From an uncultured virus (IMG/VR IMGVR_UViG_3300024239_000112) (taxonomy: Duplodnaviria > Heunggongvirae > Uroviricota > Caudoviricetes), in IMG/VR virus record IMGVR_UViG_3300024239_000112: a stretch of 64,000 nt of DNA, one strand, 5' to 3'. This document shows, piece after piece, positions 1 to 9,562 of this stretch. Every line of letters starts with the position of its first letter. The first letter of the stretch is position 1. Position numbers and translations under genes: made by a program. Under the pieces are notes generated by a model. It was not told the DNA's origin. It made no database searches and saw nothing but the letters and a program-made list of their open reading frames with translations.

Positions 1-839
1 CGGCCGGCGATCTCTACATCAAAGTTGTTCGCGTCAGGACGGAAGCCGATGTGGCGCTGGTCGACGACCAGGTCGACGTACGACTCTGACTCGTCGGTCC
101 ACGAGGCGAAGCTGTGGTTCTTCGTGAGTACGCCGGTGACGTTGAACGACTGCTCAGGGCTTGAGTAGCTGTGGGTGGCCTTGTCGTAGACACGCCCGCC
201 CTTGGCGTAGATGACGAAGTCGATCCGATTGTCCGGCTCCTGGTCCACCCGCAGCGCGGTAAAGCCGCTGTCCGGGTAGGTGTCCACGACTCGGTAGCTC
301 TTCCCGTGCAGGTCCAGGCGGTCGCCCTGCTCCGCCACCACTGTGCGGGGGAGGAAAGCGAAGAAGTTGCCGGTCTTCACGTCGTAGGTGTCGGCCTCGG
401 TGGAGCTGCTACGGAACTCCAAGTCTGCGTAGGCGGTTGCCACCACGCTGTCTACCAGCCAGCCCGGGTCGTTGGCGGGGCCTGCCGGTGCCTTGCGGCG
501 CAGGGTGGCCAGGCCGGCGCTTCCGCCGGGGGCGTCGGTTACCAGGTGGCATACCGTCAGCGAGACGTAGGGATTGCCGCCCCGGGCGTCAGTGCGGGTC
601 TGGCCGATCAGGTAGATGTCCTGGGTGCCAGGATGGCGGAATGTGAGACTGCTCGGGAATGTCACGTCGTGCCGGGTGAACATCATCCGGCGCCTCAGCG
701 GCTTGTTGAAGTTGCTGAGGAATCTGTCGGTAATCTCGATGCGACCGACAAAGGAATTGGGTACGAACGCCTGGGTGGCCTGGTCCAAGCCTTCCATGCG
801 CTCGTTGATGCGGTGAACCGCGATGTTACGCAGGTTCAC
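1..839 (-). CDS. Head-completion/head-closure-type virion protein, partial (runs off the window start; missing from the ORF track)
   Basis: Open minus frame from GTG at 839 (MNLRNIAVHRINERMEG...), overlapping the end of the upstream gene; phage-like codon bias; lies downstream of the capsid genes. Confidence 0.6.
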   Translation of the reverse strand, partial: MNLRNIAVHRINERMEGLDQATQAFVPNSFVGRIEITDRFLSNFNKPLRRRMMFTRHDVTFPSSLTFRHPGTQDIYLIGQTRTDARGGNPYVSLTVCHLVTDAPGGSAGLATLRRKAPAGPANDPGWLVDSVVATAYADLEFRSSSTEADTYDVKTGNFFAFLPRTVVAEQGDRLDLHGKSYRVVDTYPDSGFTALRVDQEPDNRIDFVIYAKGGRVYDKATHSYSSPEQSFNVTGVLTKNHSFASWTDESESYVDLVVDQRHIGFRPDANNFDVEIAG

Positions 840-1281
840 TGCGCGCCTCCGTCACCGGGTCCCGGCCAGGGGTAACCCTGGATGCGAAGGTCATGCTTTC
901 CGCCGGTTCGGATTGCCCAACGAGAGCCAGCAGCTTGTTCCGGTAGGACTCCGCCTTGGCTCGTAGGTCCCCTGCGAGCCAGCGGAACCCCTCGGAGCCC
1001 GCTCGCTGTCCCTCGTTGGATCCGTCTGTCTGCTTCGTCAGAACGAAGACCGGTGCCGTTGCAGCCACGGTCGCAGCGCAGAAATACTTCGCGTAGAGGC
1101 GAAGCAGGCGGGTCTGCTGGTTATCGGTGATCAGTTCCCAACCAGTCAGCCAGCTGTCCAGATTCTCCCCGAGGTCGTCGGTGAGTCCGTACGCCAGCAG
1201 TGTCTCGTCAGGCAGGTCCGCTTCGGAGACCGTGAGGACCCCGCGGATCTGCGCTGAGACGACCAGGTCGGTAATCTGCAT
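826..1281 (-). CDS. Putative head-tail adaptor protein
   Basis: 151 aa, helical; position after the major capsid gene. Confidence 0.5.
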   Translation of the reverse strand: MQITDLVVSAQIRGVLTVSEADLPDETLLAYGLTDDLGENLDSWLTGWELITDNQQTRLLRLYAKYFCAATVAATAPVFVLTKQTDGSNEGQRAGSEGFRWLAGDLRAKAESYRNKLLALVGQSEPAESMTFASRVTPGRDPVTEARSEPA

Positions 1282-1284
1282 CGC

Positions 1285-1677
1285 TTACACCAGTACCAGC
1301 AGCTTTGCGTTCAGCTGGTTCTCGAGCCAGCCGTCTTTCAACAGCTTGCGGGTCTTACCCGGCTCAATCACCCAGCCGGAACTCGGCTGACGCAGGGAGG
1401 ACTTCGCCGCGTTGCTCACACTGACGAGCTGGTCCTCGTCATCGGACTCGCCCGATTCCTGGCCGGTAACTACGGCAGGTTCTGCAGGTTCCTCAGCGCC
1501 GGAACCCTCGACGTTCTCAGGTTCCCGGGCCTGCGCCCCCGGTTCCTGCTCGCCCTGGTCCTGACCTTCGGTAACTGGCTCACCAGCCACGACAACAGAC
1601 TCCTGCTCAGAGACAGGAGCCTGGTCCTTCAATTCTTCAGCCACGGGGGCCTGGTCTTGCAACTTGCCTTTAGCCAT
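1285..1677 (-). CDS. Hypothetical acidic protein of the head module
   Basis: 130 aa, E/Q/P-rich N-terminus; GAGGAG SD upstream. Confidence 0.6.
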   Translation of the reverse strand: MAKGKLQDQAPVAEELKDQAPVSEQESVVVAGEPVTEGQDQGEQEPGAQAREPENVEGSGAEEPAEPAVVTGQESGESDDEDQLVSVSNAAKSSLRQPSSGWVIEPGKTRKLLKDGWLENQLNAKLLVLV

Positions 1678-1720
1678 CTTCAGCTCCTCGAAGGGGCGGC
1701 CGGAGCCGCCCCTTGCTGGG

Positions 1721-2905
1721 TTACGCCTTTTCCAGGCTCACGACGGACCAGGCCTCGTCGTACAGACGGGAAGCCATCTCGCCGTAGTCGACGCGGAAGC
1801 CGGTCGCTTTGCGCATCACGTACTCTTCGATCGCGTCGTACGAAGCCGACACGTTGACGAAGCGCTGGATGGCGTAGCGGGCGTCCAGGCCGACCATGAT
1901 GCCGGCGCCGAACACGTCGGCGTCGAACGGCACCATCTTCGGCTCGGTGATGCCGAGATTCAGGCCACCGAACGGAGCCTTGATCTTCGACGCATCGGTA
2001 CCGGTGATGGTCGGCAGCAGCGCAGCGTCGACATCCAGGGCGGTGTCGATGTTGGTCAGGACGTGGCCGATGTTGGCGACGTTCTGCTTGCTGTGCAGCC
2101 ACTTGATGTAGGCACGCTTGGTGATCACGCCGTTGGCGGTGATGCTGGAGTCGAAGGTGCCGATCTTGGTCACCGGCAGCGCGGCGATGCCGGTGTCCAG
2201 GTCGCCCTGAACCATCGACTTGATCTGCTCCTTGACGCGGCGGATGCGATCGCCACGGCTCTGGGCTTCCATCACGACACGCACCAGGTCAATGGTGGTG
2301 GCCTGCATGGCTTCGTCGGAGATCATCAGACCAATCGAGTTGGTCGGGATGCGGTACGACTTGTCACCGGTGGTGATGGAGACCAGGGTCTCCGGCTCAG
2401 CCAGCTGAGCGATACGGCCGCTGCGGCTGCCTTCCGGCGCGGTAGCGTCGATGATCGGCTGGTCGGCCTTGGTGCCGTTGATGTTGCGGCTGACCGCAAC
2501 CAGCTCTTCCCAGATGCTCAGGATGTCGCTGCCGTCATCGCGGAGAGCCTGGGCGTTCATGGTTTCGAGGATCAGCTGCGGGTACAGCAGGCGGGCGCCC
2601 AGGCTGTTGTCGCTGCCGTCCGGGCGGCGGAAGCCGTCGGCCAGCGGGGCGGCAATCAGATCCTGCAGGGTCATCGCCGGCATGCCGAACTTCTTGCCGT
2701 CGAACAGGCCGGAGTTGGCGTACATCTGGTCCAGCGGGTCACCCATGCTGTAGTCAGCATCGGCAGCCAGGTGCTTCGCGTACTGGCGCAGGGTCATGCC
2801 CTTCTCAGCCGCGTGCTTGTAAGCCTCCACGGTCACGGTGATGTCCTTGAGGACTTTCTCACCCTTCTCGTTCTTGGCCCAGTATTGGAGCTTAAACGGT
2901 TTCAT
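1721..2905 (-). CDS. Major capsid protein (HK97-fold, inferred)
   Basis: 394 aa; very strong codon bias; order portal-protease-decoration-MCP. Confidence 0.8.
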   Translation of the reverse strand: MKPFKLQYWAKNEKGEKVLKDITVTVEAYKHAAEKGMTLRQYAKHLAADADYSMGDPLDQMYANSGLFDGKKFGMPAMTLQDLIAAPLADGFRRPDGSDNSLGARLLYPQLILETMNAQALRDDGSDILSIWEELVAVSRNINGTKADQPIIDATAPEGSRSGRIAQLAEPETLVSITTGDKSYRIPTNSIGLMISDEAMQATTIDLVRVVMEAQSRGDRIRRVKEQIKSMVQGDLDTGIAALPVTKIGTFDSSITANGVITKRAYIKWLHSKQNVANIGHVLTNIDTALDVDAALLPTITGTDASKIKAPFGGLNLGITEPKMVPFDADVFGAGIMVGLDARYAIQRFVNVSASYDAIEEYVMRKATGFRVDYGEMASRLYDEAWSVVSLEKA

Positions 2906-2914
2906 ACGCAGGTT

Positions 2915-2952
2915 CCCTTATTTATGGGTGCGATTGTGCCTGTAAATACAGG
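2915..2952. promoter_or_regulatory. Operator pair (CCYRTAWWTAYRGG) upstream of MCP
   Basis: CCCTTATTTATGGG at 2915 and CCTGTAAATACAGG at 2939; 24-bp period. Confidence 0.7.
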
Positions 2953-2962
2953 TCAGCGCCAG

Positions 2963-3418
2963 TTACAGAAGTTCCAGAATGACTTCGGTGCCTGCGGCGC
3001 CGCTGCCATTGAGGGCCAGGATTCGCCACAGGTGGCGGCTCGGGGTACCGGTCTTGACCTGCGGCAGACCCTTGGTGCCGATGGCGAGCTGGGCGTCAGC
3101 GACGACCAGGTCGTTCAGGGCGGCCGGAGTGGCACCTTGGGTGGCGCCGATCTGGGCCTTCACGCGGCAGCCGCGATTGCAACGAGCAACGCCGCCGAAC
3201 GAGTAGCCGCCATTGGTGGCCGAATCGACGCTGTCGACGAAGCCTTCGATCTCGTTGCCCGCCGCGCACAGCACGTGGTTAGAGTTCGGGCCGAGCTTTA
3301 CGGCCTTCTTCACGTCCTGGTCGGTGAGCTTTGCCGCCGGGCTTGCGCCCAGGCGGGACGAGATCACGTTCAGCCGCTCAGGGCTGTGAGTGAGCAGATT
3401 GAATGCAAAATCAGCCAT
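2963..3418 (-). CDS. Head decoration/cement protein
   Basis: 151 aa, G/A-rich, between protease and MCP (lambda gpD-like position); GGAGG SD. Confidence 0.6.
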   Translation of the reverse strand: MADFAFNLLTHSPERLNVISSRLGASPAAKLTDQDVKKAVKLGPNSNHVLCAAGNEIEGFVDSVDSATNGGYSFGGVARCNRGCRVKAQIGATQGATPAALNDLVVADAQLAIGTKGLPQVKTGTPSRHLWRILALNGSGAAGTEVILELL

Positions 3419-3429
3419 GATCGGCCTCC

Positions 3430-3945
3430 TTACTGGTTGTGTCGGAACGACGGGGTGCCGCCCACTTTCGTGGAATCAGCGGTGGGGGTAACCGTGGTCT
3501 GACCGATCTTGAATCGGGGGGCCATCTGGGCCTGCAGTTCGTTGAACTGGGCCACTACCTCGGTGCCGGTTGCCTTGGAGGCCTTGGGCAGGCCCAGGGC
3601 GGTCTGCAGGTTGCCGACGGCGACAGAGGCCACGGCCACCAGGGCGGTGTTCTCGGCGGCCTGGGCTTCCAGCTTCGCGTCGGCGGCTTTCAGCTTCTCG
3701 TCAGCTGCTTCCAGCTTGGCTTCAAGGCGGCCGATCTCTTTCATCAGGGCCAGGGTGTCAGCGGAGGCAGCGGGCTCACCGCCCTCTTCCCCTTCTTCGC
3801 CTTCCTGGGAGGCTTCGGACTCGGCGCCCTCTTCCTCTTCCTGCTCCAGGCTAGCCTGGTACAGTTTCAGCTCTTCCGCGGTCAGGACCACACTGGGGTC
3901 GGCGCCCGCCGCGATTTGAGCCAGTTTCTCAGCAGAGATGTTCAT
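3430..3945 (-). CDS. Nested in-frame scaffold protein (internal start)
   Basis: GGAGG SD 6 nt upstream of an in-frame ATG (MNISAEK...); acidic coiled-coil product; lambda C/Nu3 arrangement. Confidence 0.65.
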   Translation of the reverse strand: MNISAEKLAQIAAGADPSVVLTAEELKLYQASLEQEEEEGAESEASQEGEEGEEGGEPAASADTLALMKEIGRLEAKLEAADEKLKAADAKLEAQAAENTALVAVASVAVGNLQTALGLPKASKATGTEVVAQFNELQAQMAPRFKIGQTTVTPTADSTKVGGTPSFRHNQ

Positions 3946-4815
3946 GTCGAACCTCCGGTTGTCACTGGTGATAGTTACGGAAGCGGCGCTTCCCATGAGA
4001 TCAGCCAGGGTGGTTACCCCGTCGATCAGCCCGACCTGCAGCCCTTCCTCTGCGAAGAAGGTCTTGCCTTCGCCCCACTGGTTCCGATCACTCAGCATCA
4101 GGTTGCGACTGCGGGATACGTGATCGAGGAAGAACTTGTTGGTCTTCTCCAGGTTGGCCTGGAGGTACGCAGCAGCTTCCTCGGTGAGCTCCTCATACGG
4201 CAGGCCCAGGGCCTTGTATTCGCCGGCGCGGAACACGTGGTACTTGACCCCGGCCTTCTCGGCGGCGCCGACCTGGGTGGCCAGGACCAGCAGGGTGCCG
4301 ATCGAACCGACCTCGGCCATGCGACTGGCGGTGAACTTGCGGGTCGTGGACGCCAGCCAGTAGCCGGCGGAGAACGCATGGGAGTCGGTGTGGCCGTAGA
4401 CCGGCTTGACCGAGTTCACCCGGCGGATCATGTCCGCAGCAGTGTCCAGTCCACGAACAACGCCGCCGCCGGTGGCGAAGTCCATGTAGATCTCGTTGAT
4501 CCCTTGCTCGTTGCCGGCGATCGCCAGGGCGTCGCGGATGGCCTCGTAGCTGGTCACGTAGCCCGGGTACCAGGCGTGCCAGGCGGCATAGGTGTTGGTC
4601 AGGGAGCCGTGCACCTTGATGACGGCCTTGTCGCCGAAGCGCTCAAGTACGGACAGGCCCTTGCGGTCGGTGAGGACGTTGAAGTTCTTGTCGAGCGTCG
4701 GCTCGTCTTCGTCGTCGTAGTACGCCAGGTACTCGGGGCCGGTGAACTGGGCCTCGTATTTTTCCAGGTTGGCCAGGGCCTCTTCGGTGCCCAGCCAGAT
4801 ATTGAAGCCGTTCAT
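3430..4815 (-). CDS. S49-family prohead protease with C-terminal scaffold
   Basis: Motifs TGGG, AFSAGYWLAS, EVGSIG, AGEYKA, GLIDGV; start corrected to the ATG at 4815 (GGAGAG SD). Confidence 0.9.
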   Translation of the reverse strand: MNGFNIWLGTEEALANLEKYEAQFTGPEYLAYYDDEDEPTLDKNFNVLTDRKGLSVLERFGDKAVIKVHGSLTNTYAAWHAWYPGYVTSYEAIRDALAIAGNEQGINEIYMDFATGGGVVRGLDTAADMIRRVNSVKPVYGHTDSHAFSAGYWLASTTRKFTASRMAEVGSIGTLLVLATQVGAAEKAGVKYHVFRAGEYKALGLPYEELTEEAAAYLQANLEKTNKFFLDHVSRSRNLMLSDRNQWGEGKTFFAEEGLQVGLIDGVTTLADLMGSAASVTITSDNRRFDMNISAEKLAQIAAGADPSVVLTAEELKLYQASLEQEEEEGAESEASQEGEEGEEGGEPAASADTLALMKEIGRLEAKLEAADEKLKAADAKLEAQAAENTALVAVASVAVGNLQTALGLPKASKATGTEVVAQFNELQAQMAPRFKIGQTTVTPTADSTKVGGTPSFRHNQ

Positions 4816-4846
4816 CGTGGGCTCTCCAGGTTGTGGTGCATGGCGT

Positions 4847-6352
4847 TCACTGGTCCTTGCCTCCGGACTTGGACGGGGTGCTCGGGTTGAGGGACCGGCC
4901 GGTGGAGCTATCGCGCTCACCTTCGTCGCCAGCCTCTTCGTCCTTCTTCTCGTCAGTGGCCATGCCACCGTTAGGGTTGGCGCCGGCGTAGAACCCAGTT
5001 CCAGCCAGTTCTGCCACCAAGCCCTGTGGGCGAATGCCCAGCTGGTAGCAGGCTTCTGCGTCGTTGATCAGGCCCAGGCTGAGCTGCTCGAGGACGCGCT
5101 TCTGCTTGGTGCCCTTGTAGGCTTCCAGCTCCTCCTCCGGGCGGAGGTTGACTGGCATAAACTCGAAGTAGATGTAGCCCTCGACCCCCAGCAGTCGGCA
5201 GGCCAGAGTGAGCGCACGGCTCATAACCTCTTCCACCGGCGGACGAGCGGCCTCGACGACCTTCAGGTAGATCAGGGTCTCGGCGTTCGACAGGCCCTGG
5301 CCGCCGCTGGCACGCAGCCCCGACACGGAGGCCGGGGTCTTCAGCGAGGCGCCGAGCAGGTTGCCCAGCGTGGACAGCATGGGGCTGTAGTCGCTCTTGC
5401 TGCCGCCGGTGTCCTTGATCTCGTACTCGACGCTGTCGTACGCCACCAGTGCGTCTTCCGGCTCGATGTCCTTCAGCGCTGCCTCAACCTGGGCACGCAC
5501 GGTGTTGAAGTAGCCCTGGCGCTTGGCAGGGTCGGCCTTCACGTCATCCGGCGCGGCGGCCCACACCTTCTCCGCGAGGATCTTGGCCACCAGTCGGCTG
5601 TGCCCTGTACGGTTCACGGCGCGGTGGGTGTCTTCCAGGAACTCGTTGAAGCTGATGGTGTGGGTCAGGCCTGGGCGCAGCAGGCTGACGGAGTAGGCTT
5701 CGTCAGGGTTGCGGTTGTGCTCGGCGACGAAGACGGTAGGCAGGTTGAGGTTGATCTCACCGCTGTCCTGTGTCGGATAGCGCCCGCCTTTGCCGTCTGC
5801 TTCCCAGACGATGGTCGAGTAACCCACTGGCACCAGGCGCTCGGGACCGAAGGTTTTGTCCAGAACCAGCTCTACACCGCAGCCTCCTGTGCCGATCACA
5901 TCGATCTGCAGGCTGGTTAGCAGCGACTGCACGCCAGGCTTGTCGTTGAAGCCCTGGCTGTAGTCGTGAAGGGTGCTGAAGCGGTCGACGATCGAGTAGG
6001 CCATCGACATCACGCCCAGGTCCATGGCGCCGGCGGAGTTGTAGCCTGCGATGCGGAACCCGCTGTTGGCAGACAAGGCCACCATTGAGTTGGCCGCGCT
6101 GGAGAACAGGCCGTCCTCGCGCATCAGTGCACGGATGATCTCATTGATGTCAGATCGGTTGCGGATCTGCTCAATGGCCTTGGCGGTGTACTGATTTAGG
6201 GTGTTGCGGATGCTCTGGCCGCGGTCGAAGTCAGAGCCGGGGCGCTTGGCGCGTGCCTTACCTGCCAGGTTCTTGCTGGGCAAAATGACCTCGGCCCCAG
6301 TGTTCTGGAAGCGGGAGGCTTTACTGCCCGGGGAACTTCGCTTTGGCGGCAT
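4847..6352 (-). CDS. Portal protein
   Basis: 501 aa, between TerL and protease; charged disordered C-tail. Confidence 0.75.
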   Translation of the reverse strand: MPPKRSSPGSKASRFQNTGAEVILPSKNLAGKARAKRPGSDFDRGQSIRNTLNQYTAKAIEQIRNRSDINEIIRALMREDGLFSSAANSMVALSANSGFRIAGYNSAGAMDLGVMSMAYSIVDRFSTLHDYSQGFNDKPGVQSLLTSLQIDVIGTGGCGVELVLDKTFGPERLVPVGYSTIVWEADGKGGRYPTQDSGEINLNLPTVFVAEHNRNPDEAYSVSLLRPGLTHTISFNEFLEDTHRAVNRTGHSRLVAKILAEKVWAAAPDDVKADPAKRQGYFNTVRAQVEAALKDIEPEDALVAYDSVEYEIKDTGGSKSDYSPMLSTLGNLLGASLKTPASVSGLRASGGQGLSNAETLIYLKVVEAARPPVEEVMSRALTLACRLLGVEGYIYFEFMPVNLRPEEELEAYKGTKQKRVLEQLSLGLINDAEACYQLGIRPQGLVAELAGTGFYAGANPNGGMATDEKKDEEAGDEGERDSSTGRSLNPSTPSKSGGKDQ

Positions 6353-6387
6353 CGAACTGTATTTACAGGAATACGGGTTTGGGCCCG

Positions 6388-6415
6388 ATTATAGAGAGCG
6401 CACATCGCAATGCAA
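6388..6415 (-). promoter_or_regulatory. Sigma70-like promoter for the portal/head operon
   Basis: Minus-strand TTGCAT-16-TATAAT; operator palindrome at 6356-6369 just before the portal ATG. Confidence 0.5.
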
Positions 6416-6485
6416 AGCGTTATTTGACTCTGGAGTTTTAGTATGCTTGGTTATATCGAGTAACCCAGAAACTACCGAGGAACTG

Positions 6486-6812
6486 ATGAAGAAGATTTTG
6501 CTGCTGGCGGCGCTTAGTGCCCTTGTTGGCTGCCAGCCGACCCCTGAAGACAAGGTCCGTGAGGCCATGTTGGCCAGCCCCGAGATCCTGGTACCGAAGA
6601 CTGTGGAGTTGCGCCAGGTGCGCGAGGTCGGGTCGGTGATCTGCGGCAAGCTGTCCCACGAGTCGAGCAAGGGGCGTACCGAGTTCCTGGACTTCTACGT
6701 CCAGGCGGGGCAGATTCGCCTGATCACCGCCGAGGACTACCAGCCCGGGAATGAAGGGCACCGCCTGTTCCACCAGGAAGAGTGCCTTACCAGCCAACCC
6801 GCTCAGAGCTGA
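6486..6812 (+). CDS. Lipoprotein (moron-like, opposite strand)
   Basis: MKKILLLAALSALVG-C lipobox; GAGGA SD; start corrected to 6486. Confidence 0.75.
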   Translation: MKKILLLAALSALVGCQPTPEDKVREAMLASPEILVPKTVELRQVREVGSVICGKLSHESSKGRTEFLDFYVQAGQIRLITAEDYQPGNEGHRLFHQEECLTSQPAQS

Positions 6813-8553
6813 ACCCTTCCGGCACCCCGCCGGCCGACTCGCGGTTGCTACCCACCCTCACTCTGCCCACCATCGGGGCGGCGCCGATGATCTCGGCGTT
6901 GCCCAGGTCCTCTACCGCCATAGCTGCGATGGTCGAGTAGTTCAGGGCATGTACCCAGTGGTCGGTGTCATCGGTCTTGATGAACCGCTCGACCATATCC
7001 CCGTCAGTTCCGCGCTGGCGGATCTTCTTGGTGGTCTTCAGGTGGGCGAAGATCTCCTTGGTCAGCTCCTCCTTCACCGGGTAGTGCACTTCCCCGGCGT
7101 TGTGCTGAGCCAAGGTCAGCGACAGGGTCTTGGTCCTGTCGGCGTTGATCACATCCCCTGCAGCGCTCTCTGCGATCGGCAGGATGCCTGCCACCCGCTG
7201 CACGTAGACCACAGCGGTGATGTTGGGCCGGGCGCCGACCAGGTTGTTCACCAGGGTGATGTCCGGGCCGGCGTCGATGCACAGGCGGGCCATGCGGTAG
7301 TAGTCGAAGCGGGCCAGCACCTGGGGTGTAGCTGGATCATCGCGGGTGTTGCGGATTTTCTCGGCCCAGACGACGTGCCAGTGCTTGCCTACCTTCGCCT
7401 TGACGATCAGGTGGCAGGTCTTGCCGATGTCCATGCCGCCCACGGTCTGGCAGGTGACGATGTACTGCTGGTAGATCCACAGCTGCACGTCGCTCGTACG
7501 CCGGCGGTGCTCGTCGGTCACGATGAAGGTGTTCTCAGCGTCAGAGTACGGCAAGCCTATAACGAAGTTGTAGAAGTCGCTCTTGAGCGGGTAGTCGCCG
7601 ATCTGCTTGATGATCGCCGGCGGCGTGTTGTACTTCGGCACGTCCCAGGGGTAGACCTGGTAGCTGTGGTCCCAGACATCAGGGCGCTTGGCCACCCACT
7701 GCCGGCGCTCAGGGTCTAGCAGACTGTCCTGCAGGTCTTTGCCGCAGCTGCTGCACTTGATGTAGGCGTCGCGGATTCGGTACCGGGTGTCGCGGATGTC
7801 CTCCCGGTTGAACTCCAGCATGCCTTTGTCGAAGCCTGGGACAATGAAGTCGTGGAAGAAGTCCGGCAGCACCCAGGTATGGCAGTGGCGGCACTTCACC
7901 ATGTAGAAGCGCTGGTCGCCAGCCTGGAACTCAGCATCCACTCCGTAGTCCTCAACGGTTGGCGTGGAGAACTTCATGCGGATGCCGCGGTTACCCATCT
8001 CGTCGACGAGCGAGGCGTGGCGCAGGCGGGAGTTGAGCTTTCCGAGGACGGCCTCGTTGGAGAAGTCCACCTCGTCGCTGATCACCACCTCAGCTGGTAC
8101 GGAAATCGCCGAGTTGGCGCCGAACGAGCCGGTGATGTAGAGGGTGCAGGTGCCGATCTTCTTCTGGCTGGCAGAGTTCTGGGCCTTCTGCACCAGGCCG
8201 CTGTAGAAGTCGGACTGGTCGATCGCACTGTCGAACCTGTCCTTTGAGAATGGCATCGCCATGTCTCGGGTTGGCAGAGTGAAAATCACCCGCGTGTGCT
8301 GCATGGTGCCGCACATCGCAAGGGTCTTTTGGACCATCAGCTCGGACAGGCCGACCTGCGAACACTTGCGCACCCCAATGCGGGAGCGCGTGTCACGGAT
8401 AATCTCGATCTGGAACTCGTGATCCTTGAAGGACCACTTCCGGCCGTTCGCGTAGCCGTACTTGAGCACGACCTTGTCGAGTTCGCGCAGCCCCTCCTCT
8501 CGGTTGAGCTGCATCCGTAGCCGGTTGGCTACGGAGCCGGATCCCTGGCTCAC
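6787..8553 (-). CDS. terL: Terminase large subunit, lambda gpA-like
   Basis: HEFQIEI adenine motif, KCSQVGLSE Walker A variant, VISDEVD Walker B, STPT, GDQR..CxxC, GMDIG nuclease motif, DHWVHA. Confidence 0.92.
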   Translation of the reverse strand: MSQGSGSVANRLRMQLNREEGLRELDKVVLKYGYANGRKWSFKDHEFQIEIIRDTRSRIGVRKCSQVGLSELMVQKTLAMCGTMQHTRVIFTLPTRDMAMPFSKDRFDSAIDQSDFYSGLVQKAQNSASQKKIGTCTLYITGSFGANSAISVPAEVVISDEVDFSNEAVLGKLNSRLRHASLVDEMGNRGIRMKFSTPTVEDYGVDAEFQAGDQRFYMVKCRHCHTWVLPDFFHDFIVPGFDKGMLEFNREDIRDTRYRIRDAYIKCSSCGKDLQDSLLDPERRQWVAKRPDVWDHSYQVYPWDVPKYNTPPAIIKQIGDYPLKSDFYNFVIGLPYSDAENTFIVTDEHRRRTSDVQLWIYQQYIVTCQTVGGMDIGKTCHLIVKAKVGKHWHVVWAEKIRNTRDDPATPQVLARFDYYRMARLCIDAGPDITLVNNLVGARPNITAVVYVQRVAGILPIAESAAGDVINADRTKTLSLTLAQHNAGEVHYPVKEELTKEIFAHLKTTKKIRQRGTDGDMVERFIKTDDTDHWVHALNYSTIAAMAVEDLGNAEIIGAAPMVGRVRVGSNRESAGGVPEGFSSERVGW

Positions 8554-8768
8554 GCCGGGGCGAACTTAGACGGGCCAGTCTCGTCGACAGGCACCAGTTT
8601 GATGGGGATAACAACGTCGAGGGTCAGCTCAGCGGCGGCTACAGCCTTCAGCGCAAGGCGAGCAAGAACACCTGCTACAGCGTTCAGTGCAACACTTCCG
8701 GTGTCCACCTCCCACATAGCTTCATTGAAGACAACAGGCAGGAAGCCAAACATCATAAATCTCGACAT
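8550..8768 (-). CDS. Hypothetical protein
   Basis: 72 aa; AAGGA SD; stop overlaps the terL start. Confidence 0.5.
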   Translation of the reverse strand: MSRFMMFGFLPVVFNEAMWEVDTGSVALNAVAGVLARLALKAVAAAELTLDVVIPIKLVPVDETGPSKFAPA

Positions 8769-9028
8769 TGCAATATCCTTAATGGGTAACAGGCCTACTT
8801 CACTCTGGCCGCGCCGTAAATCTTAGACGTTCCAATTAGTAACAAAAAGGTCACATATTTGACTGAAATATCAGGAAATAGCTGTCGCTAACCCACCTGA
8901 TATTTTTATACCATTGCAAAACCATAACGGTTTCACGGACAAACCCATCTATTTCGCGGGTTTCAGAGGCTTACACATCAAGTTACAAATGCTGGCAAAA
9001 CGCCTCTGGATTTGTACACACTTGTGAA

Positions 9029-9562
9029 CTACTGAGCCTCGCCACCCTGCTCAATCCGCTCTAGCTCAAGCAAAACCTGCTCCTGCTGCTCGCGGGTTAG
9101 GCAGCGTTCCATCACTCGCCGCAATGCCTCTTCCTGCTTCTGCACCCGGTCCAGGGTGTAGATCTTCGGCAGGTCTCTCACCATCACCTGTGTCACCTTC
9201 AGTGACAGATTCAAGGCGTCCTTCAGCGGGATGTCGTAGTCCTCGGAGTTCGCAGTGACCGTGCCGTCGGCGTTGACGATGCGGCGCAGCACTGTGTCCA
9301 CCAGGCTGATCTGCTGCTTGAACGTCATCAGCACGCTGGCATCGAGGCCGGCGATCTTCGACACCATGTCCCGTCGAGCTGACGGAGACATGGCCGAGAT
9401 CAGCGCTAGCTGAACGTCCTCCGGAAGTAGGTCCTGCTTGAGGGCGCCAATCACGTCCTCAACGGCGCCGGCCAAAGACGGGTCCCTATCGAACAGGGTC
9501 GACTCACCGAGCACACGCAGAGGGTTGATGCCCTCTGGCAGGAACTCCTTCCGGGCTTCCAT
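9029..9562 (-). CDS. Putative terminase small subunit
   Basis: 177 aa, helical, upstream of terL; positional inference only. Confidence 0.45.
   Translation of the reverse strand: MEARKEFLPEGINPLRVLGESTLFDRDPSLAGAVEDVIGALKQDLLPEDVQLALISAMSPSARRDMVSKIAGLDASVLMTFKQQISLVDTVLRRIVNADGTVTANSEDYDIPLKDALNLSLKVTQVMVRDLPKIYTLDRVQKQEEALRRVMERCLTREQQEQVLLELERIEQGGEAQ

Noticed and set aside
1664..5920. Long + strand ORFs (1664..3502, 3439..4890, 4742..5920) and similar antisense ORFs (47037..48698, 48792..50483, 56713..59157)
   Set aside because: They are antisense shadows of strongly codon-biased real genes in GC-rich DNA, with no motifs or SD
8866..8905. Inverted repeat AAATATCAGG/CCTGATATTT between terS and terL as the packaging site
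   Set aside because: It is a real 10-bp inverted repeat, but the lambda-like 12-mer at 10103 fits a gpA-type terminase better; no function can be supported
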